A stretch of DNA of 64,000 bases from contig DEZK01000007.1 in NCBI GenBank assembly GCA_002365175.1, positions 890 to 64,889 on the forward strand, in the 5' to 3' direction. Under the pieces are notes generated by a model, which worked only from the letters and a program-made list of their open reading frames with translations, had not been told where the DNA came from and did no database searches. Positions 9,317 to 19,077 of this stretch are shown in pieces; within the stretch, counting starts at the first letter, position 1; each line of letters begins with the position of its first letter. Both the position numbers and the translations under genes were made by a program. The stretch is from Candidatus Raskinella chloraquaticus. Lineage in GTDB: Bacteria; Pseudomonadota; Alphaproteobacteria; Rhizobiales; UBA4765.

Positions 9317-9730
9317 TCAGCTGATGGGTTCGCTAATGGCGCGGAACGTGATGGAGGCGCGCGAGGTCAGGGCATCTGCCTCGCGGCGAATGTCGGCGGT
9401 ATCAAATCTGAACAGGACAAGATGGTGACCGGTGAGTGACAACGACGCCGTCGTGAGGGCGGCGCTGATTGCTTCGGCAAGCACATAGGCTTCGCGCAAT
9501 CCGGCGCTGCGCGAATAGGCGGAGATGGTGAAAATATGCTCTTTGCCGAAACTCTCACTGCTTGAAAAATCACGCAGCGTGTGCGGGCCGACGATCACAT
9601 AGGGATAGGGTGGGCGCGCAGGCGGGGCGTCATAGATCCGCTCGCCGCCAAGCAGCGAGCGTAGCGTCGCATTTGCCTTGAGCGTCGCAACGCAGGCCTG
9701 CTGCAAGGCAAAGCCGGGTGAAGGAAGCAT
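9317..9730 (-). CDS. DUF3168 domain protein (GTA g8-like tail terminator)
   Basis: Has the pattern ..LKANATLRSLLGG.RIYDAPPARPPYPYVIVG.. and sits upstream of the major tail gene in reading order. Confidence 0.85.
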   Translation of the reverse strand: MLPSPGFALQQACVATLKANATLRSLLGGERIYDAPPARPPYPYVIVGPHTLRDFSSSESFGKEHIFTISAYSRSAGLREAYVLAEAISAALTTASLSLTGHHLVLFRFDTADIRREADALTSRASITFRAISEPIS

Positions 9731-9756
9731 TGGATTATCCCTCGGAAAGAGAGCAT

Positions 9757-10080
9757 TTACGGTTGGATTTCTTCAACCAGGATGAGCCGGTAGCCTGGTT
9801 CGGCGGAGCGGTGGGCGAGGATGCGAAACAAACGATCCCCGCCCAGTCGCAAGCGATGATCGAGCGATACCGCCGGCCCGTTTCGCAAGCGCAGATGGTG
9901 GGTGGCACGACTTTCCAGCGCGCCGTCGCTGAACCTCGTCGCGAGGCCAAGCGGCGTCATATCGGCCCATAAGGCGCCAGCCGGAGTAAAGGTGCGTACA
10001 ACGCCGCCCGCTCCATCGTCGAGATCAGAGGCAGCTTCCAGGACGAAGCGGTGGCGCAGTCTGCCGGGATCGCTCACCAC
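9757..10080 (-). CDS. Head-tail adaptor protein (GTA g7-like)
   Basis: 107 aa; LRHRFVLEAASDLDDGAGGVVRTFTPAGALWADMTPL is typical of SPP1 gp16-type adaptors. Confidence 0.85.
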   Translation of the reverse strand: MVSDPGRLRHRFVLEAASDLDDGAGGVVRTFTPAGALWADMTPLGLATRFSDGALESRATHHLRLRNGPAVSLDHRLRLGGDRLFRILAHRSAEPGYRLILVEEIQP

Positions 10081-10658
10081 AGCACCCGATAAGGTGCGAT
10101 CAGGGCGTCGACGACTGGAGGGGTCGGCGCCAGATTGGCGATATCGCTGTCGTGCCGATGCTCAAACCACAGCGCAGCAAGACGAAGGATCGCCTGCTTG
10201 AGGGGCGCCGGCACAAGAGCCGCGTCACCATACCCGGCCACGACATCGATCTCGATGCCATTCCCGTTACGGCCCGGCTGCCGGCCGACACCATCGACGA
10301 TCAGCCTTGGGGGAACATGAGCCTGATCGAGGCGGTATTGCTGCGGTTCAACGATCTGCGCCACGCCCAGCTCATCATAGACACGTATGGCAAGCACGCG
10401 TGCGACGGGCGCCAAAGGCAATTCGACAACGCGTCCGAACGGCGAGGCGCGACTGCGCTGCGGCCAGACGTCAAGATAGACACGCCAGTTCTGCGTCACC
10501 AGGCGACGGCGCGTCAACGCCTCGACATGGGCACGGGCGGCCGCGATGAAGCTGATCAGGAGCGCATCTTCATCATTGGTCTCAACGCGAAGCTGGGATT
10601 TGAGATCGGCAAGAGTAACGGGTTCTTCCCCCGGCGGCACAAGAAGGGCGGACGGCAT
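10074..10658 (-). CDS. Head-tail connector protein (GTA g6-like)
   Basis: The ORF extends to 10706, but the likely start is MPSALLVPPGEEPVTLADLKSQLRVETNDEDALL at 10658, a gp6-like N-terminus. Confidence 0.82.
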   Translation of the reverse strand: MPSALLVPPGEEPVTLADLKSQLRVETNDEDALLISFIAAARAHVEALTRRRLVTQNWRVYLDVWPQRSRASPFGRVVELPLAPVARVLAIRVYDELGVAQIVEPQQYRLDQAHVPPRLIVDGVGRQPGRNGNGIEIDVVAGYGDAALVPAPLKQAILRLAALWFEHRHDSDIANLAPTPPVVDALIAPYRVLW

Positions 10659-10729
10659 GGGCGGGTCCCTTGTGGGCAAGAGCTGGAGCAAAGCGGGAGG
10701 CGGCAACGCGCCTCCCGCCAGATTGAAGA

Positions 10730-11941
10730 TCAGGTCGTGGCGATCTTGAGGAGCTTGATGGCGTTGAAATCCTGCACGCCGCCGCCGACACGCTTGGTGG
10801 TATAGAAGAGGATATAGGGCTTGGCGGAATAGGGGTCGCGCAGGATGCGGGTACCGATGCGATCAACGACCAGGTAGCCGCGGCGGAAATCACCAAAGGC
10901 AATCGGCGTGGTGTCGGCGCCGACATCCGGCATGTCTTCTGCTTCGATGACGGGGAAGTTCATCAGGCTCGCAACGCCGCCCGGCTGCGCCGGCGGCTGC
11001 CATAGATACTGGCCCTGCGTGTCCTTGAACTTGCGGACCGCTGACTGCGTACGCCGGTTCATGACGAAGCTGGCATTCTGGCGATAGCCAGCGCGCAATG
11101 CATAGACGAGATCGACAAGACGGTCGGATGGATTGAGCGTCACGAAATCTGCCGCCGCGCCACTGGTCACGTAACCCAGCCTGCCCCAGCTCCAGCTTGC
11201 TTCAGCGACAATCGTCGAGGTGAGAAAACCTCGGGGTTGCGAGGTACCGTTGCCCACAACGAACGCACGTCCTTCCTGTTCCGCAAAAGCCGTTTCAACT
11301 TCGTCAGCAATCCAGCGTTCGATGTCGACTGCGCTGTCATCCAGAAGGGCGCCGGTTGCGGCCGGCATGGCGTAAAGCTCGAGCGTGGGGAAATCGAGCG
11401 CATTGAGCGTTGGCGTTGTTGTTTGCGGTCGGGCAACCTGTTCGCCCACCCAGCCTACCGCAAAACCGGTCGAGGCGAAGGGTTTGCGGAAGGTGGCGCT
11501 CGACACCTGCCGCACGGTTGCAATGCGGCGGATCGGCGAGATCTGCGCCAACCGTGCGCCGATCATGGCATCGACTTCAGGTGTCACGGTATAGCCGCCA
11601 TCGGGATTGGACTCGATCGACAGTGCCTTTGCTTCAAGGCGACCGAGAGCGCCCGCATCGCCGCGTCGGATATACGCCTGGAACGCACGTCCATGCTCAC
11701 CAACCAGACGCGGTTCACCACCTTCCAGCTGCGGACGGGCGGCTTTCAGCGCGAGGCTGCGGATCCGCTCATCCTGACGGTTGAGGTGCGCATCGATGCG
11801 TTCGAGCTTTTCGTCCAGCAGGACATCGCTCGTGCCACGACGCTCGATTTCATCAAGCCGTTCATCGTTGACTTCTTTAAAATCCTCGAACGTCTTGGCA
11901 GCCGGAAAGGCTTTGGTTTCACTGCAGGCATAATTGGTCAT
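10730..11941 (-). CDS. HK97-family phage major capsid protein (GTA g5-like)
   Basis: The ORF extends to 12052. The likely start is MTNYACSETKAF.. at 11941, preceded by AAAGGA. An N-terminal coiled delta-like region is followed by the capsid fold sequence ..DFPTLELYAMPAATGALLDDSAVDIERWIADEV.. Confidence 0.92.
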   Translation of the reverse strand: MTNYACSETKAFPAAKTFEDFKEVNDERLDEIERRGTSDVLLDEKLERIDAHLNRQDERIRSLALKAARPQLEGGEPRLVGEHGRAFQAYIRRGDAGALGRLEAKALSIESNPDGGYTVTPEVDAMIGARLAQISPIRRIATVRQVSSATFRKPFASTGFAVGWVGEQVARPQTTTPTLNALDFPTLELYAMPAATGALLDDSAVDIERWIADEVETAFAEQEGRAFVVGNGTSQPRGFLTSTIVAEASWSWGRLGYVTSGAAADFVTLNPSDRLVDLVYALRAGYRQNASFVMNRRTQSAVRKFKDTQGQYLWQPPAQPGGVASLMNFPVIEAEDMPDVGADTTPIAFGDFRRGYLVVDRIGTRILRDPYSAKPYILFYTTKRVGGGVQDFNAIKLLKIATT

Positions 11942-11994
11942 GGGCGATCCTTTCGTTCCCAATGAGACGACAAAACAGAGTGCGACGGACAGTG

Positions 11995-12444
11995 TCAGGC
12001 GCCGATGCGGGCGCCTGGAAGCATGGGAAAGGTCACAACCGAGATTTCCCAAAGATCGATACGTTTCAGGCGCCGCAGACGGCGTTGCGGCTCACGCACC
12101 GCCTCGGCAGCGCGAAAGCCGATCGACAGGCCGTCGAGGGCGCCAGCACGGATGAGCGCAAATACATCGCGCGCACGCGCAACCTCCGGCAGGAGCTTTC
12201 CTGTCACCCGCAGGCCGATGCGGTCTTCCTCCAGCGCGAGCCACACGCCGATCGGCTCAGAGGGATCGTGCTGGTAGAGGCATTTGACGCCACCTGGACC
12301 GCGCGATGCGAGGCTCGCTTGAAAGGCGCCTGGCGCAACGATGTCACGCGCCTGGTCGGGGCGATCAAAGAGCGACGCATAGCCGGAAAAGACGCCCTCG
12401 GCGGTGATAGCAGGGGGCGGCAGGCGTGGTGTCGACATAGCCAT
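11995..12444 (-). CDS. HK97-family prohead protease (GTA g4-like)
   Basis: Contains ..FSGYASLFDRPDQARDIVAPGAFQASL..LYQHDPSEPIGVW.. Confidence 0.9.
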   Translation of the reverse strand: MAMSTPRLPPPAITAEGVFSGYASLFDRPDQARDIVAPGAFQASLASRGPGGVKCLYQHDPSEPIGVWLALEEDRIGLRVTGKLLPEVARARDVFALIRAGALDGLSIGFRAAEAVREPQRRLRRLKRIDLWEISVVTFPMLPGARIGA

Positions 12445-12482
12445 AGATCATCTCCGGAAAATGAATTGGGTTGCGCGCCGGC

Positions 12483-13700
12483 TCACAACGAGGTGTCTTC
12501 CGTTCCGCCGTCAGCACGTTGCAAGCGGCCATAGCCAACGGCTTCGCGCTTTTCGTCATTGGTCAGAAAATCGGCCGCGCCAACGCGTTGCCACAGCGCC
12601 TCGCGATCGGCCGACAGGGCGTCGACGGCATCGCTGTCGACATCAAGCCTGACGGTTCCCAGAAGCGGTTGCAGCCAGTGTTCAATGGCGCCGAGCACAC
12701 GCCCCAGAAGCGGCATCACCGTCTGGCGATAGAAGGCGCGATTGGCCTCGACGTAATTCGAGTATGTCGCGTCTCCCTTGATGCCGAGCAGCTGCGGCGG
12801 AACACCAAAAGCCAGCGCCACCTCGCGCGCGGCCGCATTCTTGGCCTCAACAAAATCAAGATCGCGCGGCGACAGCGACAGGGCTTTCCAGTCAAGCCCG
12901 CCCTCCAGAAGGAGCGGGCGACCCGCATTGGCTGCTCCGGAAAAGCTGTCGGACAATTCCTCTTTCAAGCGCTCGAATTGTTCACGGCTCAGCGTGGCGC
13001 CGGAGCTTGGTGCATAGACGAGAGCGCCTGAAGGCCTTGCCGAATTATCGAGAAGAGCCTTGTTCCACGCAGCCGCCGCGTTGAGCGTATCGAGCGACAC
13101 GCCGGCCGCCTCCAGAGGCGCCAGGCCATAATGATCATTGACCGGATGGAAAAAGGCGATGTGGAGGATGGGCGACACATCGCCAGCGGGAACCTCCTGG
13201 CGGAAGCGCATGGTCTGGCTGCCGACTGTATAATCATAGGCTTCCGGCCACCCGCGCACGCCCGGCACAACCTGCATGCGATCGGGACGAAGCGCAAAAA
13301 GCTCGGCTGGCCGTCCATCGACGAACGCGGCCTCGATATAGGCGTTGCCGGCAAGCAGAAGATGGCTGACGACAGCCTCCAGGAAGGCGGCGCGCGACTG
13401 GCGCGGATTTGGCCGCTCAAGAAGTGACAGGACCGGATGGGTATCCAGTTCATCGCGCCCGTCGCGTGCCAGCAAGGGAACCGCCGCTACCTGCTCGGCA
13501 ATGAGCCGGACGCAACGAAAGACAACCGGGTTCTTGGCGTAACCCTCGCGGGCGAGGCTCGCATAATCGCGCGGCAGCCAAACCGCACGACCTGGTTCGC
13601 TCATCGCGATCAGCGGGCCGGCAAGCGAGGCCTTGGTCGCAGGCACGCGCTCAGCGCTTGCCCACCGCAGGAAGCGGGGCATATTCCACACCATCGACAT
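12483..13700 (-). CDS. HK97-family phage portal protein (GTA g3-like)
   Basis: 405 aa, lying between the terminase and protease genes, with a portal-like sequence throughout. Confidence 0.92.
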   Translation of the reverse strand: MSMVWNMPRFLRWASAERVPATKASLAGPLIAMSEPGRAVWLPRDYASLAREGYAKNPVVFRCVRLIAEQVAAVPLLARDGRDELDTHPVLSLLERPNPRQSRAAFLEAVVSHLLLAGNAYIEAAFVDGRPAELFALRPDRMQVVPGVRGWPEAYDYTVGSQTMRFRQEVPAGDVSPILHIAFFHPVNDHYGLAPLEAAGVSLDTLNAAAAWNKALLDNSARPSGALVYAPSSGATLSREQFERLKEELSDSFSGAANAGRPLLLEGGLDWKALSLSPRDLDFVEAKNAAAREVALAFGVPPQLLGIKGDATYSNYVEANRAFYRQTVMPLLGRVLGAIEHWLQPLLGTVRLDVDSDAVDALSADREALWQRVGAADFLTNDEKREAVGYGRLQRADGGTEDTSL

Positions 13701-13718
13701 GCTCCAGTGGAAAGAGGG

Positions 13719-15026
13719 TCACAAACTGCGCAAACGCGGCGCTGCATCAGTCGTCAAACGGAGTGCGGTCAGCGCCCAGACGAGAGCGTCCAAGCGATCG
13801 GGGCTGCGGCCACCGGAAAGACCATCCACACCAAAATCACACAATTCATCTTCAAGCGCGGGAAAGCAGCCAACGTGACTGATACGCCCTTGCGCATAGA
13901 GCGCGGCGATGGGCTCGGCGCGCAGGACCTTGCCGCGCGTCGCGCGCACCGGCGTCACCACCACCTGCGGGTCGACCGCGGCGATGACGGCGGCGACCAT
14001 ATCGCCACCCTGGTTGACTTCCGCCACGAGCGCATCTGCTTCGTGGCGATGATAAAGCGCGACCGCGCGCGCTGCCCACTGGTCGGGGCGGGCGTTACTG
14101 ATCGTGGCATCGTCAAGCACGTAACCTCTGCCATCAGCCCCCTGTCCCGCCGCGACGATGCCGGTTGCATCGGCGTTGCGGCGTGAGGTGGCCGCCGGGT
14201 CGATGGCGATCACAATACGCTTCAAGTGTGGCGCTTCCTGGCGCCGTGCAGCTTCGATGATCTCGCGCGTCCACAACGCGTCCGCACGCTCGGTGATGAT
14301 GTCGCCGTCAAGCTCCTGACGCCCCAATCTTGTCCCGCCATATTTTCGCTGCATCGCCTCGAGGAACGCCGCTGGCAAATAGGGATTGGCGGCGGTTCCA
14401 GCCCTTGTCACCACACAGTCCGGTGCATTTAAGAGCTGCTGCAGGAGTGGCAGCGGGCGAGGTGTCGTCGTCACCAATTGCCGTGGCCGGACGCCGAGGC
14501 GCAAAGCAAATTGCAGATTGTCCCAGCACCGCTCCGCGTAGCGCCATTTAGCGACTTCGTCGGCCCAGGCGAGGTCGAATTGCGGCCCTCGCAGGCCATC
14601 TGGTTCGTCAGCCGAAAAGACCTGAGCGATCGTTCCGTTTCGCCATTCGAGGCGCCGGCGCGAGGGTAGCCAGCTTGGCCGCTCTCCCGGAGGATAGACA
14701 GCGAGCAGGCCCGACACGCCGTCAATCATCACGTCGCGCACATCCGCGTAGGTTTCACCAATGAGTGCAATGCGGGACGGCGGATCAGCGCCCATCACGC
14801 GTGACCTGATCCACTCGGCACCGGCGCGCGTCTTGCCGGCGCCACGCCCGCCCATAAACAGCCAGGTTCTCCAGTCCCCCGGCGGCGGCAATTGCTCAGG
14901 GCGCGCCCATTCCTTTTCAAACGCAAAGAGCCAGGCGGCTGCTTCGCGATCACTCAGCCCCTTCAGGAAGCGGTCCCTCATCCGTCGCGTCGGCAAGGCG
15001 AGATAGGCGGCGCGCAAGCTCTTCAT
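13719..15026 (-). CDS. Terminase large subunit (GTA g2-like)
   Basis: Contains ..WLFMGGRGAGKTRAGAEWIR.. (Walker A). The ORF track extends it to 15413, but that N-terminal 130 aa overlaps g1 out of frame. The likely start is M at 15026 or 15041 (MKSLRAAYLALP..). Confidence 0.9.
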   Translation of the reverse strand: MKSLRAAYLALPTRRMRDRFLKGLSDREAAAWLFAFEKEWARPEQLPPPGDWRTWLFMGGRGAGKTRAGAEWIRSRVMGADPPSRIALIGETYADVRDVMIDGVSGLLAVYPPGERPSWLPSRRRLEWRNGTIAQVFSADEPDGLRGPQFDLAWADEVAKWRYAERCWDNLQFALRLGVRPRQLVTTTPRPLPLLQQLLNAPDCVVTRAGTAANPYLPAAFLEAMQRKYGGTRLGRQELDGDIITERADALWTREIIEAARRQEAPHLKRIVIAIDPAATSRRNADATGIVAAGQGADGRGYVLDDATISNARPDQWAARAVALYHRHEADALVAEVNQGGDMVAAVIAAVDPQVVVTPVRATRGKVLRAEPIAALYAQGRISHVGCFPALEDELCDFGVDGLSGGRSPDRLDALVWALTALRLTTDAAPRLRSL

Positions 15027-15483
15027 GGATAGACGCCGCATCTCCGCCCATCTCCACATTTGTTGCCGGCGTGAGCTGGCTATCGAGTGCGGCGAGACGC
15101 TGCAGCGTTTGGACAAGCACGGTGAGGCTCTTGACATCCCCCTCGGCGGTGCCGGGCGCGGCATTCGCAAAGGCGGTAATCCGCCGCTCAAGCCCGGCGT
15201 AAAGGCGCGCCTGCAAGGCCGGACGATGAAAGCAGGCGGCAAGGCCAGGACAAAGACGGTGACAGTCAGCCGGCGCTGATTTCCCTGGCACGGCAGTGAT
15301 GACATCAGCGCTGACCGCCATTGCCGCCTTGTCTGCTCTGCTCCAACCGGCGCGGCGGGCGTGGCGGGCAATCGTTGTGCGGTGCAGAGAAAACCGGTGC
15401 GCCAGAGCAACAAATGTTTCGCCTGATTCGAATGCCTGACGTATCTTCACCCAGTTTTGCGATCCTGCCTGACGGCTGGCCAT
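14950..15483 (-). CDS. Terminase small subunit-like HTH protein (GTA g1 position)
   Basis: First gene of the cluster. The N-terminal segment ..ESGETFVALAHRFSLHRTTIARHARRAGW looks like an HTH. Its function is assigned by position only. Confidence 0.6.
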   Translation of the reverse strand: MASRQAGSQNWVKIRQAFESGETFVALAHRFSLHRTTIARHARRAGWSRADKAAMAVSADVITAVPGKSAPADCHRLCPGLAACFHRPALQARLYAGLERRITAFANAAPGTAEGDVKSLTVLVQTLQRLAALDSQLTPATNVEMGGDAASIHEELARRLSRLADATDEGPLPEGAE

Positions 15484-15610
15484 AAGGCGGCGACCTCGTT
15501 GAGGAGCAATGACAGCACACGTGTTCGTCCGCCTCGGGGCGGTCAGGACATCGGTGCAGCGCGCAATTTCGGAATATAGCGAGGATGCCTGAAACCAGCG
15601 TTCACGTCAA

Positions 15611-15637
15611 GAATATATTCCTAGGTATAAATACCTA
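15611..15637. promoter_or_regulatory. Cluster of perfect palindromes upstream of the GTA cluster (candidate operator; alternatively a weak ycgN terminator)
   Basis: GAATATATTC (15611-15620), CCTAGG (15620-15625) and TAGGTA-TAAA-TACCTA (15622-15637) lie in an AT-rich patch about 130-150 nt upstream of the g1 start. Confidence 0.3.
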
Positions 15638-15656
15638 TATCATGAAATCGCTTTTC

Positions 15657-16124
15657 CTATGACCCGGATTTGGGCGTCATGACAGGATCCCAGGTAATGG
15701 CGTGCAGCTCATAATCCTCCACTGCAACATCGCTTTCGCGCGCCGACACACGATTTCTGACCGATATGCCAGCCTCATGGACCGTCTGGCGCGATCCGGA
15801 CACTAAATGGTGCCACCAGTACAGCGGCCTGCCCTGATCAACGAGAACGTAGGCGCATGTCGGCGGCAGCCAGGGTAATTCGCGCACGCCAGCAGGCGTC
15901 AGCTTGACGCAATCGGGCACGCGTTTCGACCGGTTGTCGTAGTCACCGCAACGGCATGCCTTGCAATCGAGAAGATCGCAGGCAACCGACGTCCAGATGA
16001 TGGTATCTGTTTCCTCGTCAATTATTTTGTTGAGGCAGCAGCGGCCACAGCCATCGCATAGCGATTCCCATTCCTGGGAGGTCATCTCATCAAGTGTTTT
16101 TTCTTCCCAGAACGGAGCGGCCAT
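15657..16124 (-). CDS. ycgN: YcgN family cysteine-cluster protein (UPF0260)
   Basis: [56 protein letters not shown].. closely parallels E. coli YcgN. The 385-aa track ORF is an artefactual upstream extension. Confidence 0.85.
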   Translation of the reverse strand: MAAPFWEEKTLDEMTSQEWESLCDGCGRCCLNKIIDEETDTIIWTSVACDLLDCKACRCGDYDNRSKRVPDCVKLTPAGVRELPWLPPTCAYVLVDQGRPLYWWHHLVSGSRQTVHEAGISVRNRVSARESDVAVEDYELHAITWDPVMTPKSGS

Positions 16125-16262
16125 GTGAAACTGTCCCAAACGCGAGCGGCCAGCGATGACTTGTTTTCGCCGTCCTGTCATGCTGAAAGAGCGATCGAGG
16201 CAGCGCCTTCCTGCCAGAAACCCGTTCTGTTCGTTGATTTCCGCGATTTCGGTTGATAGGCC

Positions 16263-18491
16263 ATGAAAATTCCAGCTGATCAGGACAACAGGCAGACAGG
16301 CGCGCCCGATCCGCAAGCGGCCGTCGACCTCAGGTCTATGGCGCCAAAAACAAAAAAAAGCCGTTGGTCTTTCGGCCTTCTCGAAATCGATTCGATGATC
16401 GATGACACGCTCTATCGCTGCGGCGCGGTGCTCAAACAAAGCTATGACGGCTTCACCGTGTTCATGGACAGGTTCGGGGTTGTCGGCGTCAAGCGTATCG
16501 CCGTGGAATTTGCTTCGGACGGTCTGACATTTGCTGTCCTTGGCGGCATGCTTCTGCTTGCCTTTGCCAAACCCGCCTTTGAATACGCGAAGGTCGATTG
16601 GCGCAGCGCGCAGGATTATGCCATCGTCTTTCTGGATCGCGCCGGTAACGAAATCGGCCAGCGCGGGATCAGGCATACAGAGTCCGTCAGGCTCGAAGAT
16701 ATTCCCGCCTATCTGGTTCAGGCGACTCTGGCGACGGAGGATCGTCGCTTTTTCGAACATTTCGGCATTGACGTTCCTGGCACAGCGCGGGCTATCGTCG
16801 AGAACGCGCGCCACGCTGGCATCGTGCAGGGCGGCTCGTCATTGACGCAGCAACTTGCTAAGAATCTATTCCTTTCCAATGAACGCACCATCGAGCGCAA
16901 AATCCGTGAGGCGTTTCTGGCGCTATGGCTTGAGGTCAATCTCAGCAAGCGTGAAATCCTCAAGACCTACCTTGATCGCGCTTATATGGGCGGCGGCGCG
17001 TTTGGCGTTGAAGCGGCGTCAAACTTTTATTTTGGCAAGTCGGTCCGCGATATCTCCCTGGCGGAGGCGGCCATGCTGGCGGGCCTGTTCAAGGCGCCGA
17101 GCCGCTACGCGCCGCACATCAACCTGCCGGCAGCGCGCGGGCGGGCCAATCAGGTGCTGACCAATCTCGTCGAGGCCGGCTACCTCACCGAGGGGCAGGT
17201 GTGGGGGGCACGCCGCAATCCGGCGACGCCAGTGGCGCGGCGCAATGACGAGAGCCCGAACTATTTCCTCGATTGGGCTTTTGATGAGGTCAAGCGGCTG
17301 GTGCCGCGCGGAGAGCGGACGCTCACGGTCAAGACGACGATCGACGTCAATCTGCAGCGCCGGGCTGATCAGGCGATTGAGGATGCGCTGCGCAAATCCG
17401 GCGATGCCTATGACGTCGATCAGGGCGCGCTGGTCAGCCTTGATATCGACGGATCGATACGAGCCATGGTTGGCGGGCGCGATTATGGCTCGTCGCAATT
17501 CAACCGGGCGGTCACCGGCCAGCGCCAGACCGGCTCCTCATTCAAGCCTTATGTCTACCTGACCGCATTCATGAATGGTTACTCGCCGAAGACGGCCATC
17601 GTCGATGCGCCGATCACGATTGGCAATTGGAGCCCCAAGAATTATTCCGGCGGCTATTCCGGCGCCATGAACCTGACAGAAGCTCTGGTGCGCTCGATCA
17701 ACACCGTTCCCGTGCGACTGACGGCCGCCATTGGACGAGCGAAAATCATTGAAACGGTGCGGAAGGCCGGTATCGAATCGGAGCTGCCGAACACGCCGTC
17801 TCTGCCTCTGGGCGTCGCTGATCTGACAGTAATCGAGATGGCACAGGGCTACGCGCATTTTGCCAGCGGGGGCAAATCGGTGAAAGCGCACGGGATCGTG
17901 GAAATTCGCAACCCCAAGGGCGACATCCTTTATCGTACCGACCGCGACGGACCGCCGCAGACCCAGGTTTTTCCGCCCAAGGCGGTTGCTGATCTGGTTG
18001 GTGTCATGGTCGAGATCGTCGAGCGCGGCACCGCTACGCGTGCCCAGCTCGATGGCATTCGGGCGGCAGGAAAAACAGGCACGACGAACGCCTACCGTGA
18101 CGCCTGGTTTGTGGGTTACACGGGTAATTTCACGACAGCAGTATGGTTCGGCAATGATGATTCGACACCCATGAACCGCATGACCGGCGGCACCCTGCCG
18201 GCGATGACGTGGCAGGAATTCATGAGCCACGCGCATCGTGGCGTCGAGAGGCGGGCGCTATTTGGCGTAGCCGATGAGCCGCTCACACGGCTGTCGCGCG
18301 CCACACTGGCGGGAGGGGTGGACGTCTCCGCGCCGGCAAGCGTCGCGCCATTGCGCTCGCTCGCCTTGTCGAAGCAATCGGCCGAAGTGCTGAAGCGGAT
18401 CGAGCGGCAATTGCGTTCAGCGCCGCCCCTCACGGTGCCATCGGCTGATCGTCCCGATGCGCGCCTGTCGGCGCTGCCGCAGCAAAATTGA
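16263..18491 (+). CDS. Class A penicillin-binding protein (transglycosylase/transpeptidase, PBP1A family)
   Basis: GT51 motifs: [28 protein letters not shown]. Transpeptidase motifs: SSFKP, SxN and KTGTT. An alternative start is at 16338. Confidence 0.9.
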   Translation: MKIPADQDNRQTGAPDPQAAVDLRSMAPKTKKSRWSFGLLEIDSMIDDTLYRCGAVLKQSYDGFTVFMDRFGVVGVKRIAVEFASDGLTFAVLGGMLLLAFAKPAFEYAKVDWRSAQDYAIVFLDRAGNEIGQRGIRHTESVRLEDIPAYLVQATLATEDRRFFEHFGIDVPGTARAIVENARHAGIVQGGSSLTQQLAKNLFLSNERTIERKIREAFLALWLEVNLSKREILKTYLDRAYMGGGAFGVEAASNFYFGKSVRDISLAEAAMLAGLFKAPSRYAPHINLPAARGRANQVLTNLVEAGYLTEGQVWGARRNPATPVARRNDESPNYFLDWAFDEVKRLVPRGERTLTVKTTIDVNLQRRADQAIEDALRKSGDAYDVDQGALVSLDIDGSIRAMVGGRDYGSSQFNRAVTGQRQTGSSFKPYVYLTAFMNGYSPKTAIVDAPITIGNWSPKNYSGGYSGAMNLTEALVRSINTVPVRLTAAIGRAKIIETVRKAGIESELPNTPSLPLGVADLTVIEMAQGYAHFASGGKSVKAHGIVEIRNPKGDILYRTDRDGPPQTQVFPPKAVADLVGVMVEIVERGTATRAQLDGIRAAGKTGTTNAYRDAWFVGYTGNFTTAVWFGNDDSTPMNRMTGGTLPAMTWQEFMSHAHRGVERRALFGVADEPLTRLSRATLAGGVDVSAPASVAPLRSLALSKQSAEVLKRIERQLRSAPPLTVPSADRPDARLSALPQQN

Positions 18492-18522
18492 GGACATCAA
18501 TTTGCGCCGGCCGTTGACCATC

Positions 18523-19077
18523 ATGGTCTCGATGTTCTGCGGCGTCTTGCTCGGCCTGTTGTTGACGCAAGCAGCCCTTGATCGGGAACTGGGTTTCAAC
18601 AAGCTGCGCTTTGGACCGTGGATCGGCAATCCCCGCCTCGGGGGCATATTTGCCGACCCCTACAGCAAGGCGATGCTGGCACGCTCCGGTGAACTGCCTT
18701 TGGGTGGTGGCGAGGGGCTGACACTCGTTGCGGAACGCGACAGCGCAGGAAACGCTCTTTCAGCTCATTGCACCTATACGATCGCCGGTGACGTGCCTCC
18801 GGCCCGCTATTGGACGCTTGCCGTGTCGTACCGCGATGGCCGGTTGATCGATAATCCGTCTCAGCGCTTCGGCTTTACGTCGAGCGAGATCGTTCGCGGC
18901 GCCGATGGCAAGATCAATCTGGTTGCCTCGTCGCTGCCGCGCGCGGGCAATTGGATCCCACTGGCAGGAGCCGAACCGTTACGGCTGACGCTGCGATTAT
19001 ATGACACGCCGCTTGCCAATGAATCAGGTGGTGTACAGCCCATCTGGCCGGTCATTACGCGTCTGCAATGTCCATGA
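18523..19077 (+). CDS. DUF1214-like membrane-anchored protein
   Basis: N-terminal TM helix, then ..FADPYSKAMLARSGELPLGGGEGLTL..RYWTLAVSYRDGRLIDNP.. The start was chosen downstream of the PBP stop. Confidence 0.65.
   Translation: MVSMFCGVLLGLLLTQAALDRELGFNKLRFGPWIGNPRLGGIFADPYSKAMLARSGELPLGGGEGLTLVAERDSAGNALSAHCTYTIAGDVPPARYWTLAVSYRDGRLIDNPSQRFGFTSSEIVRGADGKINLVASSLPRAGNWIPLAGAEPLRLTLRLYDTPLANESGGVQPIWPVITRLQCP

Larger units (their letters stand above)
1..15483 (-). other. RcGTA-type gene transfer agent head-tail cluster (g1-g15) plus linked tail-fibre gene
   Basis: Colinear minus-strand genes in canonical RcGTA order: TerS-like, TerL, portal, prohead protease, HK97 capsid, connector, adaptor, DUF3168, major tail, g10, g10.1, short tape measure, DUF2460, DUF2163, NlpC/P60, large g15-type protein, then a DUF2793 fibre. 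Genes are tightly packed or overlapping. No integrase, lysis or replication genes. Confidence 0.85.

Noticed and set aside
13719-15413. The full 564-aa version of the terminase large-subunit ORF.
   Set aside because: The first 125-130 aa or so (MLLWRTGFLCTAQRLP..) have no terminase-like sequence and overlap the g1 gene in another frame. The conserved TerL N-terminus (..FLKGLSDREAAAWLF..) begins just after the internal Met at 15026 or 15041.
15484-15656. A CtrA box (TTAA-N7-TTAA) upstream of the GTA cluster, and likewise upstream of the gafY-like gene (28584-28772).
   Set aside because: I found no TTAA tetramer in either interval by eye, so no CtrA site is claimed.
15657-16814. 385-aa minus-strand ORF that looks like a large gene.
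   Set aside because: Only the C-terminal 155 aa (15657..16124) match YcgN. The remainder is antisense to the well-supported PBP gene and to its promoter region.
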